Origin: Macrostomum lignano
Lineage: Eukaryota
Length of the DNA: 64,000 bases
Reading direction: 5' to 3'
Assembly (NCBI GenBank): GCA_002269645.1
Contig: NIVC01000219.1
Location: 208,532 to 272,531, forward strand
Shown here: positions 59,785-64,000 of the stretch, one piece after another
Layout of the letters: every line of letters starts with the position of its first letter
Position numbering within the stretch: the stretch's first letter is position 1
Translations under genes and position numbers: made by a program
The notes under the pieces: generated by a model
What the model was told of the DNA's origin: nothing
Databases searched by the model: none
What the model saw: the letters and a program-made list of their open reading frames with translations, nothing else

Positions 59785-62266
59785 TTTGTTTTTATGTTGT
59801 TATATTGTTATGTTATATTGTTATATTGTTGTTATGAATGTTGATATTGATGTACACTAATGTTGATGCTAATATACAATCCAAACTATGGCCACTGTGT
59901 CATGTATACTAGTGTATACTAGTCATATATATATGCTGATGTACACTGAAAAATGGCAAGTATCCTTGTTGTATGCCAATAAATCTCAATATATATATTA
60001 TATTCTAAACTATGGCATGCCTAATTTTTGGTATACAAAGCCAATGCATACCCAAATTTTTTGGGTAGCCTAGGCCTATATACTATATAATCTAGAGTCT
60101 AGACTAGAGAGTGGCAGCAACTTTGATAACAACTAGGCCTACTTTAATAACAAAATAGGCCCAGACTAGATAGACTAGTTAGAGTCTTCATGGTTATGAC
60201 TCATGATATAAAGGTCATAAGAACTTAAATATAGACTTAATTTATCAATGAAATTGTCATGAATACATTAATATGGTACTTAATATCAATTACTGAATAC
60301 TAGGCCTAAGTCAAAAGACCTAGGCCTACTTGATACTTATTTGTCTAATATTTAAAACTAAAATTTAATCTAAGATTTGAAAATTGAAATTTAAGATTGT
60401 AGCTGGTTTGATAATAATTTATTTTAGAAGTTTAATAGAACATAGGCTAGGCCTAACCTCTGAAGTTCTGAACTGTCTTTATGTCTAATGATTTTTTTGC
60501 CAAAATGCTAATTGATATTTGCTTTGCTATATAAATCATTAGGAATTGGCCTATGCTAATGCTAGGCTGGCTAGACATACATATGTTTTGCAATGCAGCT
60601 GCTTTCATCTCAGCCACTCTAACTTAAGTTGTTAGGCCTAGTGTACAGACGAGTGCATGGGTGGGGCAAAATATTTGTCGAATTTTGTCCATGTCTATGT
60701 TTAGTTTAGGTCTAGGAGGCAAAATATTCTGCCCCAACAGGCTATCTATATGATATGTACGATATAACCTTGAGAAAAAAACTGACGTGTGACTAATTCA
60801 TTTCTCATGGATTGGGAGTTAGCAGCAGAGAGACACTTACACCTTCACTTTCCTGCTCTGTTGTCAAGCTCAGTGTTTAATTCGTCTGGCTATTGCACGC
60901 TTCGTGATTCAAAAAAGACCATTAAATGCGCTATTCTGATAATTTATCGTTTAAACAAAAAAGTTTCTGTGCTTGTCTAGAATTTAAAAACGGAATTGAA
61001 AATTTATCAAAAGCAACAACTTTTCCATATTTTTTATCTGATTCTTTACTGCAACGTTGGTAACAAAGTCAGTTGATACTACTGCCATAGTCTTAGAATA
61101 AAAGTAGTGCGCTCGAATCTAATTCGACTTCATTGCTGTAATTTCTGTGGTAGAGCCACTAACTTGCAAGAGTTTATCCCTGACGGCTCCTAAAAACCAG
61201 TCCCAGCCCGGAAGGCTATAGACTTTAAGAGCTAGACTAGCTCTGAGAGCTCTCTCGAGGCTCGACTTCATGACTTCAAACGCTTCATGACTGCATATCA
61301 TCGTCATGTCGACTGAAATCGGTGATGAATTGAAGAAAGCGTTGTAGCTCTCTATCTTCACTATGATCTTCCCGAATCAGTTCGGTAACCAGAGCCAATT
61401 AGTTTGATGTAACGCCATCGAGGGATTCTATACATGGTAACTGCTCATCTTTCTCGATCCAGTGTCAAATAAGCTAGCAATGTGTTCGTGTATTCTCAAA
61501 GGCTTCAGACTGCGCTTCTGTCCTCTTTCTGCCCAACAAAAGCTCGATTTTTGTTGCAGCTACTTATGTCTATGGTTCAAACCAGACCCTAGACGTCTAA
61601 TTTTAGGCATGCATTGCTACATATGCTACAGCTAGACGTTTGTAGCTTTAACATACGTGCGTAAGAGCAGATTTACCTAATATACTCGACTCGTAAATTA
61701 GGAGTTAACTGCGAGAGAGAGACGGCAGATAGTTTACGCGGCACATTAATCGAATTTGCTTTTGTTTATTGTATTGGCGTTTTATTTGCATAGGACAATT
61801 GTACTACAAAAACTTTACAAATTATGAAGTCAAGGATTTAGTAGAGATAGATGTAAATAGTTTTAGAATGTACTCGCACGAGCGTTCGTGTATAATTGAC
61901 TACTGAACACATCATGCATAATCTGGGGGATATTAGTCGATTTCGTGAAGTAAAATCAAAAGCTTAGCACCACTCAGAGAGCTCGACTTTGAAAGCCAGC
62001 ATAACAATTATATAGCTCGTATTGTAAAATTACATTGGGCTAGTATAAGAGAGGTGTCGCTTACGGTTGATGGTCTGCCGCTAACGATTATATAATTAAT
62101 TTTCACTCTGCATAAAGGAGCACCCACCTATTGATGAATCTGTGATATGTGTGAATGGCATTATTATCATTTCTAGTGAATCTTGGTGAATCTCAGAGTC
62201 ATCATGTCCTAATCGCAGTTGATGTAAGCAGACGTGCTCGACGACCCACGCAGATTCTCATTTGCG

Positions 62267-63558
62267 CTATTTGAATTGGAACACTTTCAAGAAGCTTGTT
62301 AGCGGTGAAATGGACACTTCCTCGTAGCAATTGAGATCGGACTCTTCATAGTAAGTGCCGTCATTGCTGACAGGACGTATTGGACTGTCTGGGAGCTTTT
62401 CAGCTCCAGAGTTTGCAGTTGACGCTTTTGCTGTTCTAGCAAGCACGCGGTTGCAAGTCGATTTGTTGTTGTTATCAGAGATTTTGTGTGCCTCTACAAA
62501 ATTGGGATATGGGAACCTGGCGTGAATCAGAATTGTCATTTTCAGACTGGGTGCACATACGATACCCAGAGGCAGGAGGGGAGAGGCAGGGGGGCTGACC
62601 TCCCCCCCACAAAAAGTGCGCTTCGCTCCTTCGGCCTAAGAGACAGAGCGAGGGGCGTCCATAAAGACAAAGGGGCGTCCATCTAGAGACAAGGGCAACC
62701 ATCTAGACACAGGGGCAACCATTTAGAGACAAGGGGCACGTACCCAAAGACAGGTGCACCCATCTAAAGACAGGTGCACCCATCTAGAGACAGGGGCACC
62801 CATCTACATGTAGAGACTGGGGCACGTACTAGAGACAGGGGCAACCATCTAGAGACAGAAGGAGTACCTGAATGTATAGAGACAGGGCATGCAACCTAGA
62901 GAGGGATACCCACCTAGAAACAAGGGCAACCACTTGGAGACAGGGGCACGCATCTAGAGACATGGGCACCCATCTAGGGACAGGAGCAGCCTTTTTGAGA
63001 CTGGGGCGACCATCTAGAAATAGGGGCACGTACCTAGAGACAGGAATACCCACCTAGAGAACAGGGGCAACCATTTAGAGACATCTGGGGTCCAAATTCA
63101 GGATGCCAAAGTTAAAGTTGATGTGCCAATCACACGCTGGCGCAACAACTCAGAGTCATACATGCAACTAACCTTGACGATCAGAGCGGTGACTGCAGCA
63201 ACAACAATAACGCACAGGACCAGAGCACCAAATAAGATTAACAACTGTAGCAGGAATTTTTCTCCATCTCCAATCATACTCGAGTTTGCCTCCAGCTGCC
63301 GGAGTACAGGGCAAAGCTGTTCCTGATGGCTTCAATATCGGAGGCATCCACATTCGGACTCAGCGGCAGTGTGAAAATCTTCTTAGTTGTTGCAAAAGTA
63401 GCTTTTGACTCTTCTGCTCCAGTAGACATTCGAGCAGCACTACGCTTGACTTATCAAATATTCTGCAGCCCAGGATTTTTAAAGTCCATTTGCTGCAGCC
63501 TGTCTGATGTTGGAGCGGCTGAGTCCAACAAGCGCTGAGCTGTTTTGTTAGGCAGGGT
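62267..63558 (-). CDS. Last two exons of an unidentified single-pass membrane protein with a Tyr-motif tail; frame-disrupted as written
   Basis: Exon 63558-63173 ends in TM LLQLLILFGALVLCVIVVAAVTALIVK and donor GTTAGT; exon from 62493 gives RHTK(I)SDNNNK...NDGTYYEESDLNCYEEVSISPLTS. Needs three small indel corrections. Confidence 0.45.
62690..63082 (+). repeat. ~20-bp degenerate minisatellite (CATCTAGAGACAGGGGCA[A/C]C)
   Basis: Direct reading. Confidence 0.88.
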
Positions 63559-64000
63559 CTGAAATAAAGTAAGCCATACGTTTTTTTTCTGGCTACCGAG
63601 CGAGGCCTTTGACAGACTCTCCGAGGAGTATGCACACGGATGCATGAGCGTAGCATGCACAAGTTCACTACTCAAGCAATAGGATTGGCCAATGGATCAA
63701 AGAGGTAATGAATATTCTTCTCTAGTTTAAATTGAGTTATATCACTGCGAATCTCAACAAGGTTTAAACACGATCGGGGAATAGACTAATGATAATTGCA
63801 GGATGGGTCCATGAGAATTGCCCGCAGACGAATTAATTGTTCGCCGAGTTTTCCCGCCGAGGTTTTGCCTCAGAATCTAGTTGCCCGTAGCTAAATGCGC
63901 TGCAGGAAAAAGGCATTGCGGCAAACCTCGGCGGGCAATTCACTCACGAACAAAATGCACTGCGGCAATTCTTGTCTTGCGCCAGGGCGGCTGCATGGAT

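Noticed and set aside
61119-61420. GC-richer patch with short ORFs (RELQRFLQFIT)
   Set aside because: Multiple stops, no splice support and no convincing family motif.
63100-63675. Possible hAT dimerisation domain
   Set aside because: No ERxFS motif; a TM segment followed by a splice donor fits a host membrane-protein exon better.

Overview
Eukaryotic (animal) genomic DNA; no prokaryotic features. GC-rich exons, AT-rich intergenic DNA and introns packed with minisatellites resemble a free-living flatworm such as Macrostomum (inference from style only). Genes reconstructed by hand from GT-AG junctions: 3' end of a LOXHD1-like PLAT-repeat gene (+), a 4-EF-hand calmodulin-like gene (-), an intronless secreted PAN/apple plus LamG-like gene (+), SERP1/RAMP4 (+), MOCS3/UBA4 (+), an Aurora kinase (+), an LRR-Ig-FN3-like transmembrane gene (-), ICE2/NARG2 (-) and part of a single-pass membrane protein gene (-). 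Mobile DNA: a young 5.06-kb LTR element with 769-bp LTRs, AGTA target-site duplication, tRNA-Leu primer site and polypurine tract but no recognisable RT/RNaseH, which carries gag plus an extra 3' gene with its own TATA/GC-box promoter; two ~1.8-2.0 kb TGATG...CATCA elements with 4-bp duplications; CORE-like tRNA SINEs; an RTE-like LINE tail; a Gypsy integrase relic; a 1.1-kb foldback element. Tandem repeats cover roughly a quarter of the window by my tally. All genes left of ~47 kb splice cleanly, while those to the right carry 1-nt indels or in-frame stops, so either assembly error or decay is at work there.
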